DNA of 64,000 nt, taken from contig NC_045138.2 of assembly GCF_008831285.2 (NCBI RefSeq), positions 25,668,001 to 25,732,000 on the forward strand. Direction: 5' to 3'. This stretch comes from Nymphaea colorata. Its lineage: Eukaryota. This document shows, one piece after another, positions 25,637 through 38,995 of the stretch (position 1 is its first letter; every line of letters begins with the position of its first letter). The position numbers and the translations under genes were made by a program. The notes under the pieces were generated by a model. The model searched no databases. It had not been told where the DNA came from and saw only the letters and a list, made by a program, of their open reading frames with translations.

Positions 25637-28600
25637 CAAATATTCAGACGGGGGGCGACCATGAACGGCACTTCATTGCGTTGTTTCCTGTCAATGGTCA
25701 GCCTTCAGTGAACCTTGTACCAATAGCATAATTTGTAAAACGTCTGTGTGGTTCTTATTAGTTTGTGATAATTGGTTGGTTTGTTCATTATATTGGTTGG
25801 AGTGCAAATTGCAATCTTTTTGGTCTTGCTGATGGAATTTGGCGTTGCAATGAACAAATGAACACAATCAAAATCAAATTGGGTGTTAATGATTCATGGT
25901 TTTTTGGTGTTGCAATGAATACCGAGTTCTGGTCCATATCAGTGCTATTGTCGATGAAATGGCTTATTGCTCGAAGCTTTCATGACTTAGCCATGGTACC
26001 GGGCAATAATTGATTGTGCAGTCGGTGGCTGTGAGAGCTTGATATTAAATAAATAGTGCCAAGATAAATAAAGGACGAATTCAAAGTATCAAGTTGTTGA
26101 AAGGGATCTTAGGGGCTTCATTAAACAATGAGAAAAAGTTCCATCAGGTGGATAGTATGTTTCCAAGTTCTAAATAGAGAATTTTCATGAAACATGTCCA
26201 GATTTTTAGCTGAAAATGTGGGGATGTTGGAAAAAGTTTCAAAATTCAACGTTCTGTTGCATGCAGACCTTCACCTTGAATGCAGCCAAGAACGCAACTT
26301 GTAGTTTTGCACAAATGAGTTACGTGGATTAATATTTACGTATTGGGGGGTCAGCAGAAGAGGTAGAGATAAGGTAAAGATTGAAAGACACGGGGTTGAA
26401 CTTTCTTCTGACGAATCTTGCTTTTAGGAAGCAAGTAGGTTAGTTCCAGGACGAAGGTTGCCCAAGTGTTTTAGCTCCAACCTGAAATTTGCACCAAAAT
26501 GTTCTGGGTTTTCAACTGAAGCTGCCTTCCTGTTCTCGGTCCAACTCGAGCCAAACCATATGTAGTTCCCCCCATTTTCCTTACTCCTTCGGGTGTCACT
26601 GAATCGTATGGTACGAAGGTGTTAACCCAAAAGTAAATGTATATTTGAACGAGGGTAACTATGGTTTCCCGATGTTTTTAATGCAACGCATGCCCATGTA
26701 ATTCATCCTTGCGGGGTATTACCATTGGCAGCATCTTTTCCACATATCTGACTATTAGATTCTCGCATTTCTCACGTTGTCCGTCTCTTCAGAATGCTTG
26801 GTATGCTAAAGGAACGTCTGCTCAACCACTTCTTGCCTGCTATTCAAAGTAAAAAGAACAAGACAAGAAGTTCATGATCTTTTTTTCTCCTTTCCTCTCA
26901 TGAAAGTCTGTTTCATTTCTGTATTTGGACTCTCTTTAACGTAAATTAGGCGCATTTAGCATTGTCAACATCTTAAATGCCTTCTCTAGTCAAAATAACT
27001 TCAGGCCTGCTGTTAAATATTTACGAAACCCCCTTTTAGTAGCTCGAATCCAATTTCTTTTGCACCTAGCCGACTGCAATCCACAGATGCTGAGAAGCAC
27101 AGGTGTTTCTTCCGTCCCTTTTCCCCCTCAAAAGCGGAAAGCCCTCGAGATCCCATAGGTTGAGCCTTTCCGTAGACATCTTTTTTTAACGGAGGAACAC
27201 CGAGAGGTGCACTGACATGTATCTGCACCCATCCCCAGAACCTTCTGATTTTCGACTGAGAAATGTTGGACGCCTGCCATCATGAGGATGCCGTGATCTT
27301 CATCGAAATTCGCATGCCTTTACGAACCCAGCTGGATGCGTATCGTGTGACTGATGTACGAGGATTCCTTTCCTTCGTTTCCTCCGCTAGAATCAACGGC
27401 GCTGATCAAATGGATTCGATTTCATCTTGGAAAAAAGCAAAATAGGGATCTGGTTTTTTTAGAAAGATCAAGCAGAAGGACCAAAAAAGTGAGAAAGGCA
27501 GATGCATATGAAAGAAGCAGCTGAATCTGGTTAATTTGATTTAAACTGAATCGAAGGATTCCTGTTTCCCCCATCGGCTGAATCTATTGAACAGGCCTTG
27601 CTGATATGATGCCGGAGTTCCGGATCAAACATTCCCCATCTTTGACCTCTTAATGCAAGATCTTCTTTCGAAGAAAATAAGCTTTTCGCAACATGGTAGT
27701 AAATCAGGTGATACATTGTTCCAGTTCGTATCTAAAGCATCCTCATAAGCTTTTTTGTTTTGTATTCAAGAATTGCAGGTATTCTGACGCTGGCTTATGG
27801 TTTTTGTTTACCATTAGCACGTAGTTAGCCCTGTGATGACTTTCTTTTTCGTACATGTGTACAGTCTTGAAGGGGACCTTCTTCCCTTGCAGGCTTGCAT
27901 CAGAACTGGACATTTCTTAGTAAATTGACAAGTCTGCCAAAGAGCAAGTTAATCTTGCAAAGGTCCATGTACATGACATGTATCCTTAAAGGTTGTTTAG
28001 CATTAAAGATACATTGTAAGAATTTAATAAATTGCCTAAAAGATACAAATTCATCAAACAATAAACCTAAGTTTGGGATAGATTCATAACATACACACCA
28101 AATATTCCTCCTACCAAACTACCCATTGAGAGTGGGCCAACAGCCAATGAGAGTGGGATAGTTCGGGTGAGCAGGGTTTTCTAACTCTCTATAGAAAGCT
28201 GAAGCCTTCACTGAACCCCTTATCACTCCAAGGTACAAGTCCTAGGTATGCTTAGGGTATCACCCCCGCCATGCTTCATGCTTGCACATTGATGGCTTTC
28301 CTTTTAAAGCAAAAGAGGATTGATGCCAAGCCGCTTACTAATCCCATCCTAACCGTTGCTTTGAATTTCTAGAATATTGCTTTTGAGTTAAGCAACTCTT
28401 GTCAAAGGCGGATAGCGTGACCCATGTCTAAACGAACTGAGGTGGGCAGCACATTACTTGTCGCATTCTGCTCCATAGTTAACATTTCAGTCCAAACATA
28501 AAAGCCAGAAGGAGGGGATCCAGGTTGGAAAGGGAAGTGGAGAGGAAGAAGAAAGAAGCAATGGACTTTCTGAGGAGTGGAACTGTTGATGGTAGATGGG

Positions 28601-30092
28601 ACCCCCAGCCACCAGAAATGGAGGACAAGAGGGGATTTCAAAAGATGGGAAGACTTAAAATAAGCGAAGCTGTTGCCCGAATTGTCGCTGTGTGCCTTCT
28701 TTTCACTACCAAGTGATCCTCACACTTTATTTTTTCAATTCATAAGCTCGGAGCCGAAGCCAGTTCTTCGATCATAATTGCCTTCAACGTGAACCCTCCA
28801 TTAAAAATGTTCCTGGAGGGTTCATAATGATAACTGTGGGGTGCTCTCTGTCTGTCTCAAGGAGTCAAGAGTGCACCGGCCGCAACTCAACAGCTGCCGC
28901 ACAGTCCAGCATCTTGTACATTTTGTCGAGGCATCTCCCAACACATTGGTCTTAGAACATTGGTCTTAGAACTAATCTCATGAAATGAATCTACGAGGCC
29001 ATCATTTTTACTGAACTTCTTTATTTTTTCATCAAACTCAACGCTTTTCCTCTTTGTCACAAGGATTGATGAAGGCAATCACACGCCATTATTGATGCGG
29101 GAGCAACTACAGAAAGCCAGACAGATGCAAGATCATAAGCTTAAATTCTTTTAACGGTAACTTGCAGTAAATAAAACTATGAAACATTATCTTCGACACG
29201 TTCTGGATACTGTATTGAAAATTTGAAAATGCTATGCCTACAAAATAGCAAGAAAATAAATGTTAGTTTCATCTGCTTCCTCCTTTGGACCTACCAACCT
29301 CGTTACATCTCAACATTCCGTTACAAGGGGGCTGTTCTGCTCCTCGGAAATCGGAACCAAGAAACCATGAATATCTGAAGATTTGGTTGGATTCTTCCGG
29401 GCACATTTGCCGATACAGGGAAGTTTAAGCGGTAAGAACTGGCAGCGACAGAATCACAGAGTTCACTTTTCTCAGGGAGGGCCAAGTCAAAAGCCGGGCT
29501 ACCGACTGGCCGCTCAGTTGGCTTTTCGCAACCCTTCTTTGACCAACAACGCAGTTCGAGGCACCATCGGCATCGACCGGCCATACCCAACAAAGAAAGT
29601 TGATGGTACTCATGAACTGTCGCCCCTACTGCTCATAAACAGTCAGTCATTTCCTCACCCTGCCCTAGCCCGGCAATTCTGGTCAAGGACTTGGTTCGAC
29701 TGGGTCCTGCCGTGTCCTGGCCAACTTGGCTTGGTTCGGTGCAAGGAATATCTCCTGGTGAGCCCGCTGCTGGGTTCGAGTCAATCGAAGTGCACTCGAT
29801 TTTTGTCGGTTTATGTTGCTTCCCATCTTAAAAAGAGTCAGCCGTTAAGATTGAGCCACGTCAGCATAAGCCACGAACGGATGGTCCACAATTCAGCAAG
29901 CAGGCTCCACCACGTGTCTATCTTCAGTCTTTGGATCTGAGAGTGTGTCGTTGGCAAGATCAAAAAAGAGGTCTTCTCGTAAGTTCATAACTCATCTCTT
30001 CTTTTATTAAAAGGAGAAGGCAGACGCTCTGGAAGAACTTGGAAGTGTCTCCCTCTCTCTTTCATTCTGTCGCCTCGTTACAGGCAAGATCT

Positions 30093-30791
30093 ATGGATCC
30101 TAACGTCCGGCAACTAGAAGAATATTGCGGGGATGTTGACGACGAGGCGCTGTCGTTTTCCGGCATGATCCTGCATGACGATGTGGAAGGAGAAGGGCCG
30201 CACAGCCCCAAGCCATGGGCGAGTCCCGATTTTGAATTCAGCCGGACGAGCTCATGCGGACCGGATGCAGACGCCGCCGAGTGGTTTCCTGCCGATCTCT
30301 TCTTCTCCAACGGCCACCTCCTCCCCCATGTCTTCCCCCTCCAGCCGGAGCATTCTCTCTCCTGTCGCAAGGACTCGACCGCCAGCAGCAGCAGCCGCAG
30401 CTCCAGGCAGAACAGCTGGACCACCGCGTCGTCGGCGTCGCTGGAATTCCCCGACGGGCCGGCGTTGAAGAAAGCCCCGATAGTGCCCAGTTCCACCAAC
30501 ACCAGAGTTAAGAAGCCGACGGCGGCGACATGGAAGCGGTCGCCTTGTTTCGTCGTGCCGAGGTGGCAGTTCTTGTTTCCGGCACCCTCGGGGACGCTTT
30601 CCGGTCGTCGTAGAAGCGTCAGGAAAAGTGACTCCGTCAGGCCAAGTTCCTCGGAGAGAGCACGCAGGGATGAAAATGGTATTTTGACTTGGTTGGTGAG
30701 GAAGATCCTCCGTACCTTCCTTACGGCGTGCCGGGACTGCCACTCACTGCAGCCGGCTCTCCGCGACGATTGCAGCGTTGACGGAAAGTGA
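30093..30791 (+). CDS. Intronless Ser-rich protein, membrane-associated kinase regulator (MAKR/BKI1)-like, 232 aa
   Basis: GC-rich ORF; DFEFS and PADLFFSNGHLLP motifs resemble the MAKR/BKI1-type PADxLFxxGxLLP; Ser-rich and basic central region; ACGT boxes and a TATA-like element upstream. Family call is from motif memory. Confidence 0.7.
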   Translation: MDPNVRQLEEYCGDVDDEALSFSGMILHDDVEGEGPHSPKPWASPDFEFSRTSSCGPDADAAEWFPADLFFSNGHLLPHVFPLQPEHSLSCRKDSTASSSSRSSRQNSWTTASSASLEFPDGPALKKAPIVPSSTNTRVKKPTAATWKRSPCFVVPRWQFLFPAPSGTLSGRRRSVRKSDSVRPSSSERARRDENGILTWLVRKILRTFLTACRDCHSLQPALRDDCSVDGK

Positions 30792-33700
30792 CTTCACGGT
30801 TAACCGTGTCGGAGAGTGACGACCATGAAGTTGTGAGTTGCTGGTGTAGTATTATTACGAGTGGTGTCGGTGTGGTTGCCCTTTAACGAGAGGCCCTTGT
30901 ATATCCTTTTGTTTCTTTTTGAGCTAAGCCCTGATCTTCTGGTGCATGGATTGTTGATGACAATGCTGATGATGAGATTGTGATTTTATGTACTCTTCCA
31001 AGATCATAGTTCAAATTACTGTGGATAAACGATTGGTTGATTCGTTCTGCCTTTTTCGTTTTAGCTAAAAATTGTGCATTACTAACATGGAATTTTGAGC
31101 CTAGAGAGCAGTTGCCGCAGGTTGATCAGGAGAACAAACATCTGCGTTCTTCGATGTCCAAAACCTAGAAATTATGCTTAGATCGCCTTCTTTGGATATT
31201 TTAGACTGTCATAATTTCCATCAGCCGATGTGTTATTTAGTTAACCAAGTTGCTGGGTTTTAAGAGCCCGTTTCTTCCCTGAATGTGAATCCATTCTGCG
31301 GATCCGTTTACTCCGATAACATGCAAGTCCGGTCGATGCTTCTTGTAGTAGGAGGATGGAGCTCCAACCATCTCCTTGGCGTGAATGGTGCTTCTAAACT
31401 TGTTAAAATGGCCCTCAGTGCGGCCGGAAAATGGACCTACTCAACGTTGACAAGCATCTATAAAGCAATATGTGCTATGCCCCAACAACAAATGAATAGA
31501 GCAGTCCATGCTCTCTCTTTCCGAGGCAAAATTTTAAATCTTCCATGGTTGAATTCTTTTAGACATATTTAATCCAATGGACGGCAGGGAAGAAACTAAT
31601 GGAGGCTGAGTGTCGTGCGGCTGGAGGAGTTCAGGGGGAATGAGATTTTTTAGGAAGACAGAAGATGCTCAAATCACCAACCATTATTGTTATTATTGAT
31701 GATCATTGCGTGCACCATCTTTATTTTGACCTTTATGGTGGTCCCTAATCGCGCAAAAGAGATTTAGCGAACAAGTTCATGGACATGACGGAAATTCCCC
31801 CGGATTTATATGTGCTAAGACTTCAGAGATTGGGTACAGATGATGCAGCAGAGCACCATCTCTGCTGCTTGAGCATCACTACCCGTCATCAAGACAATGA
31901 TGCGATTGCTATATACAATGGAAGGTAGAATGATGGTGATCGATGAAGGTGTTGCCTCACCACCAGTGGACAGCAGTAAGGCTCATCACATGATCCACTC
32001 TTTGGAGCGATCCATGAGTGGAAGACAAAGGTTGGGGAGGCAGTTCTTCATATTCGTGGAATTCACACAGCTCTCAATGGGCATCGTGAAGATCAACCAT
32101 TTTGTTATGATCACATGAATGGCCAATGAAGTTGATGATGGTTCGTCGCACTTTGTCTGATCATGGCGAGGAAAGAAGGCAATGATGGTGACAGGGCACA
32201 GACCTGCCAAGCTTATTATTTAATTCTTTGGTTAATCCTGAAAGTACATGTTATCAACAAAGGTAGGCAGCCAAGAGAGTGCAGATGGTTTTGTTGGTGT
32301 AGAAGCTAGTCGTTTCTTTAATGGTTCTAGGGAAACCACTGAGGACAACGCGGACGGAGAATAGACCATTAACAAATAAGGGACAAGAACTGTTTACATG
32401 GGCTTGCAGATAATTTTGATTTGAGGAGGATTCTGCAATTAGATAATAGAGACGGAATCTATTATTCATGAACTTGGGGAAATTGAACAGTTGGTGGCCC
32501 AGCGGTGCATCGAAAACAAAAGGGACCAGTACTGGGTTTCTTGGCTCTATCGCCAATGTGGGTGGGCAATGGGAGGTTCATACTTTATACTGTGGCTTTT
32601 TATACTTTCATTATGGGTGCTTTCACTGTGGCATGCACGTGAACTCACAGGCTTCAGCAGTAGAGGATATCTGCTACTCGCTTTCGTGGCAGTGATGCTT
32701 TGCTGTCTTCACGGTCAATCGAGTTGCTCAATATGAAAAAATTCCATGTTTGGGAAGAGGTATTCAAGTTTGTGAAATTGTTGAAACGCTGCATCAAGAC
32801 CTGCTTTGGTCAAATTATTAAATGCGCAGTTCTTGATTTTTGTGTCACCAGTTTCGGACTTTTCAAAGTTCTGAAAGCGAGTATAAGTTCTGCAGATGAA
32901 CATCTGAAAAAACCGCGTATTTTGTTTGGGACCTCTCTCTTTCTTGCTTCAGCCCTTGAGCGCGTAATCAAGAAGTTCTTTTTCTCTCCAGTAGAAAAAT
33001 GGAGTCCTTGAGAGCTATTTGGTTTCACTCCTGAACACTGTTTTTCTATCCTCTTATCAGGGTCCCTTCTAGATAACGCTCCCAAAAATTACTCAACCCA
33101 ACACGATCTTTTATCCAAAATCATTTAAATAATTCCAATTTAATTTGAAGCTGATTGATTGGCTTCCACCAGCATTTGTGGGAATTAAAAATTGCATGAT
33201 ACTTGTGAAGGCGCCCCTGCGATCATGGTGTCAGCATCTTCAGGTCGTTTGTGGTTCAGGGTCCTCAATTGATTTAAAACTTAAATGCACAAAGTTAATA
33301 GTCTACCGACAGTTGGATAACAGATAGATTCTGAGTTTGAAAAACCAATTTTAAAACAAGAAACCAGACGATCACCCTCAGCTGACGACAAAATTGAAAG
33401 TTATAGAGGTCCTCAAAGAATGCAGTGAAAAATGTGGTAGAACAGGGGCTACACTCTACAGTGAGAAATTGGTTTGTAAGGTGAGTTTTCTCTTGGGCAG
33501 AAGCAGAGCACGATGGTTCATATCTTTGTTTTACCATCCCAATTAGAAGACTTACGTTTGAATATTGATCCTTTACATTTAATTTGATGGTCAAGACAAC
33601 CACTCATAAATCCTTCGTAACTGGACAGTTTGAATTTGTAACTGCTGCAGTTGTGCAGCAATTAAACTGGCTTGAAGGCTGATACGCTTGTTGGGTTAGC

Positions 33701-34744
33701 AGAAACTTAGGCCATTGTATTGTAGGCACAAATTTATACACGCAATCAGCATCTGGATCTAGTAGAGGGCTTGAAGTGATAAAAAACAGAGACAGGCAAG
33801 AAGAAGATGCAGTTCTCTGGTTGCTTTCAGTTTTGCTGTGTCTTCCTATCTCAGCTCACTTGATCGATGGAGTTGGGTTGGGGAGTGGCAGCTGGCATAA
33901 AGAGCTTCAACGCGGGGCAAGCTTTGGTACTGCTTGCTCAGAATTTGTGCCGGACCAGAGCTTCGCGGCTGCCGATGAAAGTTGCCCCTGTTCCTCCTTC
34001 CCGCTTCGTTCATCTCTCGGAAACGCTGCGAGTAGATATTCAGAGGTGGATGACTGACACAGCTTTGCTGTGTACTCATTTCTGAGAAGCAAGAGTACCA
34101 CGCTCGCAGATACGATCTGCTTTCTTCTGGTTGAACCGAGGATTTGAAAGTGATTCACAATGCATTGATTGAAGCGAATTAGATTGGATTTTCAATGTAG
34201 ATCAGTACCATGTGAAGGCTTTGGTCCGTGTCGGACCATGAGATATCAAATCAGAAACAGAAAATGCTGCTGGGGGCAGGAGGCTCGTGAGCTCCGAAGC
34301 TCTATTTATGCCGGACAAAGGAGACTTCCGATTTTACGACCACACGCTCTTAGGGGCCATTTTCAATACGTGGGTGTTCTTGCCGCTAACAGCATTAACA
34401 GCACTGATATTTTGTGAGTGTCCTATTCTAAAGATGCAATTAAATTCATAAAACCCCAAGTTTCATGGCAAAGTTTGGCACTCCTATCACACACATGTAG
34501 TGGGGAAAACATGGCATTTCACACGGAACACTTTTTCCCGTTTAAAACTGAGTTGGCTTAATTTTCTACCAAGGAATGAAACTCCGTGCTTTGCATGAGT
34601 GGTCTTCCCGCGAAATGCAAACACTACGGCATGATCTCATTCTTAAAACGCTGAGAAAGGGGGCATTCATATTCTTAGCATTCTGAGAGCAGGAATCAAT
34701 TGACTGAGTGTTTTTTTTTTGGTAGAAATAACATTATGTTCTTG

Positions 34745-34985
34745 AAACGTATACTTGTACGATACATATTTCAAGAACACCAAAACGTTAGACATAATCA
34801 TGCCATAGTTTTACAATAAAAATATATATAATATTCTCGGTACATGTGTCTTAGCAGTAACTGTTCTCAGAAAAACGTATACTTTTATGATACATATTGC
34901 AAGACATAAGCATGCCATACTTTTAGAATGAAAAAATATATAATATTCTTGGAACACGTGTTTTAGCCGAAACTGATCCAAGAAT
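34745..34985. repeat. Imperfect ~120-bp tandem duplication
   Basis: AAACGTATACTT...GATACATATT...CATGCCATA...TATATATAAT...GTGT(C/T)TTAGC occurs twice. Confidence 0.65.
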
Positions 34986-35939
34986 ACAACAATTTTCTTA
35001 GTAACGCCGTCTTAAAAGTGCAGTAAGAGAGACTCTAGAACACCACGTTTCATAACCACATATTTCAACGATCGTTCAGACACATCGCTATTGAGACATG
35101 TCATGCTATGACCTTATCCCAATAATATTTCCGAATAACAATAGCCTTCACTTTTCATTTTAAAAAACAAATCACATGTATAATGGCACATCCAATGAGC
35201 AAGCTGCATTATTATTTTTGCACTTGCTTATTAAAAACATTAAAATTAATTCTTAAGGGGTTGGCGCAATGATCGGGGCAAGAGTTGGTAGGCGGCCGGT
35301 TCTTGTTTCAAATTTTGGTAGCACCAATCCTCTATGCCCTAAAAATGAGCTGCTTATATACAAATTTAAGCACCAAAAACCTGGCAGCCAAATTAAAAGG
35401 GATAAAAAGTTGATTGAGTCATTTAAATTATTGGAAAGCCACTCACCAAAAAATGCATTAACCTCACATCATTACTTCACCACTCCCAATATGATTCATG
35501 CTTTTTAAATTGTGCACAAAGTTGAGCTTTCTCCTGCTGCAACCGTCAGCTTACATATTCAGGCGACGGCATCATGTCCACCCACCCAGAATTGGGCACC
35601 ACCAAAATGGTGCGGCATCAATGCTCATAATGACGGCCGTTCATCAAGATAAACAAGCAACTGCGATTTTATATCATACTAGATTATGATGCAACGGTAC
35701 ACCATCAATGCTCATCACAGCGACACGGTCCCTCAGGAGAAACATAAGATGTTAGAATTTTAGATTCCCGATGCCAGTTTTTAATCTTAAAAGTTCTCAT
35801 CGTAACTCTAGTTCAATTATTACCAGAACCATCGCATCTGGCTCATAATATTCAAATTGATCGCTTTGACAAAGGAACTTAATACTGGGCATTGCTCAGC
35901 CAAATGGCAGCCATGCTTCGACTCCGTCGGGACTTGTGA

Positions 35940-36500
35940 CTGCTCTTTCCGTGCAGTTAAACCGTTCGTTTCTCATGGCCAGCAGGTAAATGAGCTGCAC
36001 GCATCGATCCCCATCTTCTTCACTTAAGGGAGGGAGAGAGATCAGGTAATGGTCTCTATTTCACGGGTGGCTGCAACCAAAAACATACTACTGTCTCCGT
36101 CAAGCTAGCTACTCCTCTCTTGACTAACGATCGATCGGTCGATGCTTTCGAACGGCGTTAGCTGTTAGCCCCACCATGCTTGCTCGAAATCAGAAGACAG
36201 CCGACGTCGCCTCTCTGGTTTTGTTTTGATGTTGACCACTCACCAAGCCACAGGCTTCATTCCATCATCTTCTTTCATTTCCTCGTGATCACAACAATCT
36301 GATGCTTCCCCCTTCCCCTCCACATTCATCCCCCACACCAACATTTTCGTCTTTCCCGTCACTTGCATCTCCCTCCATCTCCTTTCTCTTTCTGGTGCTT
36401 GTAAGCTTTAAATTTTGGATGTGGACAACATCTGCCCAGTCGCCTTCCCCATCTACCTCTCTTCAGATCTTGTTATTTTTTCCCTTTTTTAATTCCCTTT
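35940..36500. repeat. Non-coding repeat unit, copy 1 of 3
   Basis: Shares CCGTTCGT, ATGAGCTGC, GCTGCAACCAAAA, GTTAGCCCCACCATGC, GGTTTTGTTTTGATGTTGACCAC and GTAAGCTTTAAATTTTGGA with copies 2 and 3. Confidence 0.85.
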
Positions 36501-37097
36501 CCTTTTTCCTGAATATTATCACAGAGCTTTGCACCTGCATCGCCAAACTAATAAGTGTGCAGTCAATTTGCTGCAACTCAATGCATCCGTTCCGCTGCCA
36601 AGAAGTTCTTGTGTTGCAATGTCCTTGCTCATTGATTGGAAATTAAAAAAATTTGGTTCCTCTCACCGTCAATCGTACCGTGTGGATAACTGTACGATTT
36701 TCTAGTGAAATCTTTCAATTCAAGCTCGTGCCGGCAGAATCTTGAAGATGTATTTAACATTGTGATTGCCCAGTTGATCATTAAGTCAGTGTGGCTTAAT
36801 TAAGTGTCGTTTGGTTTGGTAGGAAGGATATTTTGTGAGTGTCACGTAAACTTGCACAAAAAATTATATCGGATTCGTGGAGCATTAGTTATAGTATTTT
36901 AGGAAACTTGTTCAACGAGGGCACGGGAAAAAACAAGTAGTAACGTTTATGAAACATATAAACAAGTTCCAGATCCAAGGAGACGGTGCCGGAACATGTG
37001 TGCAAGACCAACTCATGGTACAGGTTTACGACTTCAGGTCGGAGCAACGCATAAAAGTTTTACTAGTGCTCCTGCCTAAGCTGGTTCACGTTCATCG

Positions 37098-38995
37098 AAC
37101 TCACCTGAAAATTTTCCGGCCAATCTGAATCATTCCAGGAATTAGATTTTAAAGCATTGAAAATAAAGGAGAAAGTAAGAAAGGTTGCACTGAACTGTTG
37201 AAAACAATTAAACAAGGGCGTGTAACACCTTAATGCTTTTGATATTCTGAAATAATTGTAGAAGATAGAATTACCGAGTACCGACATAACATTGCCAATT
37301 CAGACGGTGCGAGAGAGAGAGACAGAGTGGGGTCGAACATTCAAACAAATGTAAATTGTGAGCATATAAAAGCGATGAATCGAACGTGGCATTTCATCAG
37401 CCTGAATCAGCCGACCCGACTTGACAATGCACAGGCAGAATTCAGTTATCTTTGAGTTGTCTTTAATATTTTACGCTTGTTGCGATTATTTAATGGATAT
37501 AATTCTTTTGCAACATAGGAAAAAATTATTTCCACAGTTCAGGATTTATAGGACAACGTCGAATCTCAAGAACACCTTTAGTAAAGCAATGCTATTTAAC
37601 AACTCCAAAACCATTTATTCTTAAATTTTCAACTAAATTCCTCCTCTAAATGATGATTTGTACGAGTCAAACAAATTTTTAGAAACTAGGATTTTGGGCT
37701 TGAGTGTAACACCCTAAAAATTTAGTTTCGTATTGAAGATTATGAAGAATTTTCAAGGGCTTATAAAGAAAGGTCATTAATAAGATGATTGTGCTGATTC
37801 CTAACTTTTTTCAGTTTGGATAATAAGATGATTGTGCTGATTCTTAACCTTTTTCAGGTTGGAGCCGAAATTGGTAGGAGGCGGGTTGTTACATTGAGTT
37901 CGGTAAGATGGTTAGTTAGCTGCACTCTAGACTTCATGAGACCGACAATTATACATAATGTAACAACATTAACAATAAGACAGTGGTGGATCTTTCCATT
38001 GAGTAGTTGAAAATGACAAAGGAAGCAAAAATTCAGAAGTCATGTTATTTAAATTGCAAAAAAAAGTATTGATTGCTTGACCAAGTTGCCCTTCACCTTT
38101 CTGTTCGAGCTTTGACTGGAGCCTGTCCTTGAACGCCGGGACTAATGGAGGTCACCGGAATTAGCAGCGGCAACCAGATTTGATGTATTTTTTGGCGATA
38201 GGCGCCGTCATCACTTCTACATGAACATCTAGCAAAAGTACTGATTGTGACATGGGATCTTGTGGCTTTCTTTTTCATTTTGAGTTTTCCAATGGACTGA
38301 CAAAGACCCAACAGTGTTATTGCGAATGTTCTTACGTCTAAACCAAATGAAGCACAAAGGTCATGTCACATGTTCAAGAAAAAATGTAAAATAAATGGTT
38401 TTGAAGTACTTGATAAAAGAACATTTTTCCACTTTTTGAGACTCAAGGTAGCCCAAGTCATGGCTCAATCAAATCGAACTGCAGCAAACTGGGGTCACTT
38501 TTTAATGGACAAACATAAACGGTTGAATTTTGTGGAGACCCCAAAATATATAACAATAAGAAACTCAAAAAATATTAGAAGTTAGGGAAATGAAGCGAAT
38601 GATAGTTTATAGCTTTTTATTAAGTAGAAAACGAATTGTAATCATTAAATAATAACAAAAGCATACAATATTAAAGGTAATTAATCAATAAATAATTGAA
38701 TTCTGGCACGGCGTTGTCAATTCAGATGGACTGATTCTGGCTGATGAAATTCCACGTTCGAAGCATTACTTTCTATATGGTCACAATTTAGTTTGCTTTG
38801 AATGTGTCGCGCTCTCTCTCTCTTGACAGTTTTAGTTTGCTTCGAATGTGTCACAATTTAGTTTGCTTTGAATGTGTCGCCCTTGTCTAATTGTCTATAT
38901 CAGTTCAGTTCAAGCTTTCTTACTTTCTTATTTTTTATTGAACTCACTATCATCTTGAATGGTTCAGGTTGCTTGGAAAAATTTTCAGGTGAGTT
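37098..38995. repeat. Diverged long inverted repeat (arms ~37098-37510 and ~38625-38995)
   Basis: AACTCACCTGAAAATTTT / AAAATTTTCAGGTGAGTT, GAAAGTAAGAAAG / CTTTCTTACTTTC and TCGAACGTGG..ATTTCATCAGCC / GGCTGATGAAAT..CCACGTTCGA are collinear in reverse complement. Confidence 0.8.

Noticed and set aside
31841..31878. Short hairpin TGATGC-AGCAGAG...CTCTGCT...GCATCA
   Set aside because: Too short for a pre-miRNA, single copy, no known mature sequence.
31780..34300. Several 60-100 aa ORFs, one hydrophobic (32491-32736), and a possible spliced minus-strand gene from 34079
   Set aside because: No recognisable motifs and no convincing exon chain; could be decayed gene fragments but unsupported.
36245..36268. 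CAGGCTTCATTCC, a 13-nt match to miR166 (also in copy 3)
   Set aside because: The 5' end of miR166 does not match, no star arm or fold-back, and copy 2 breaks the match; target-mimic pairing would need a bulge, wobbles and a seed mismatch.
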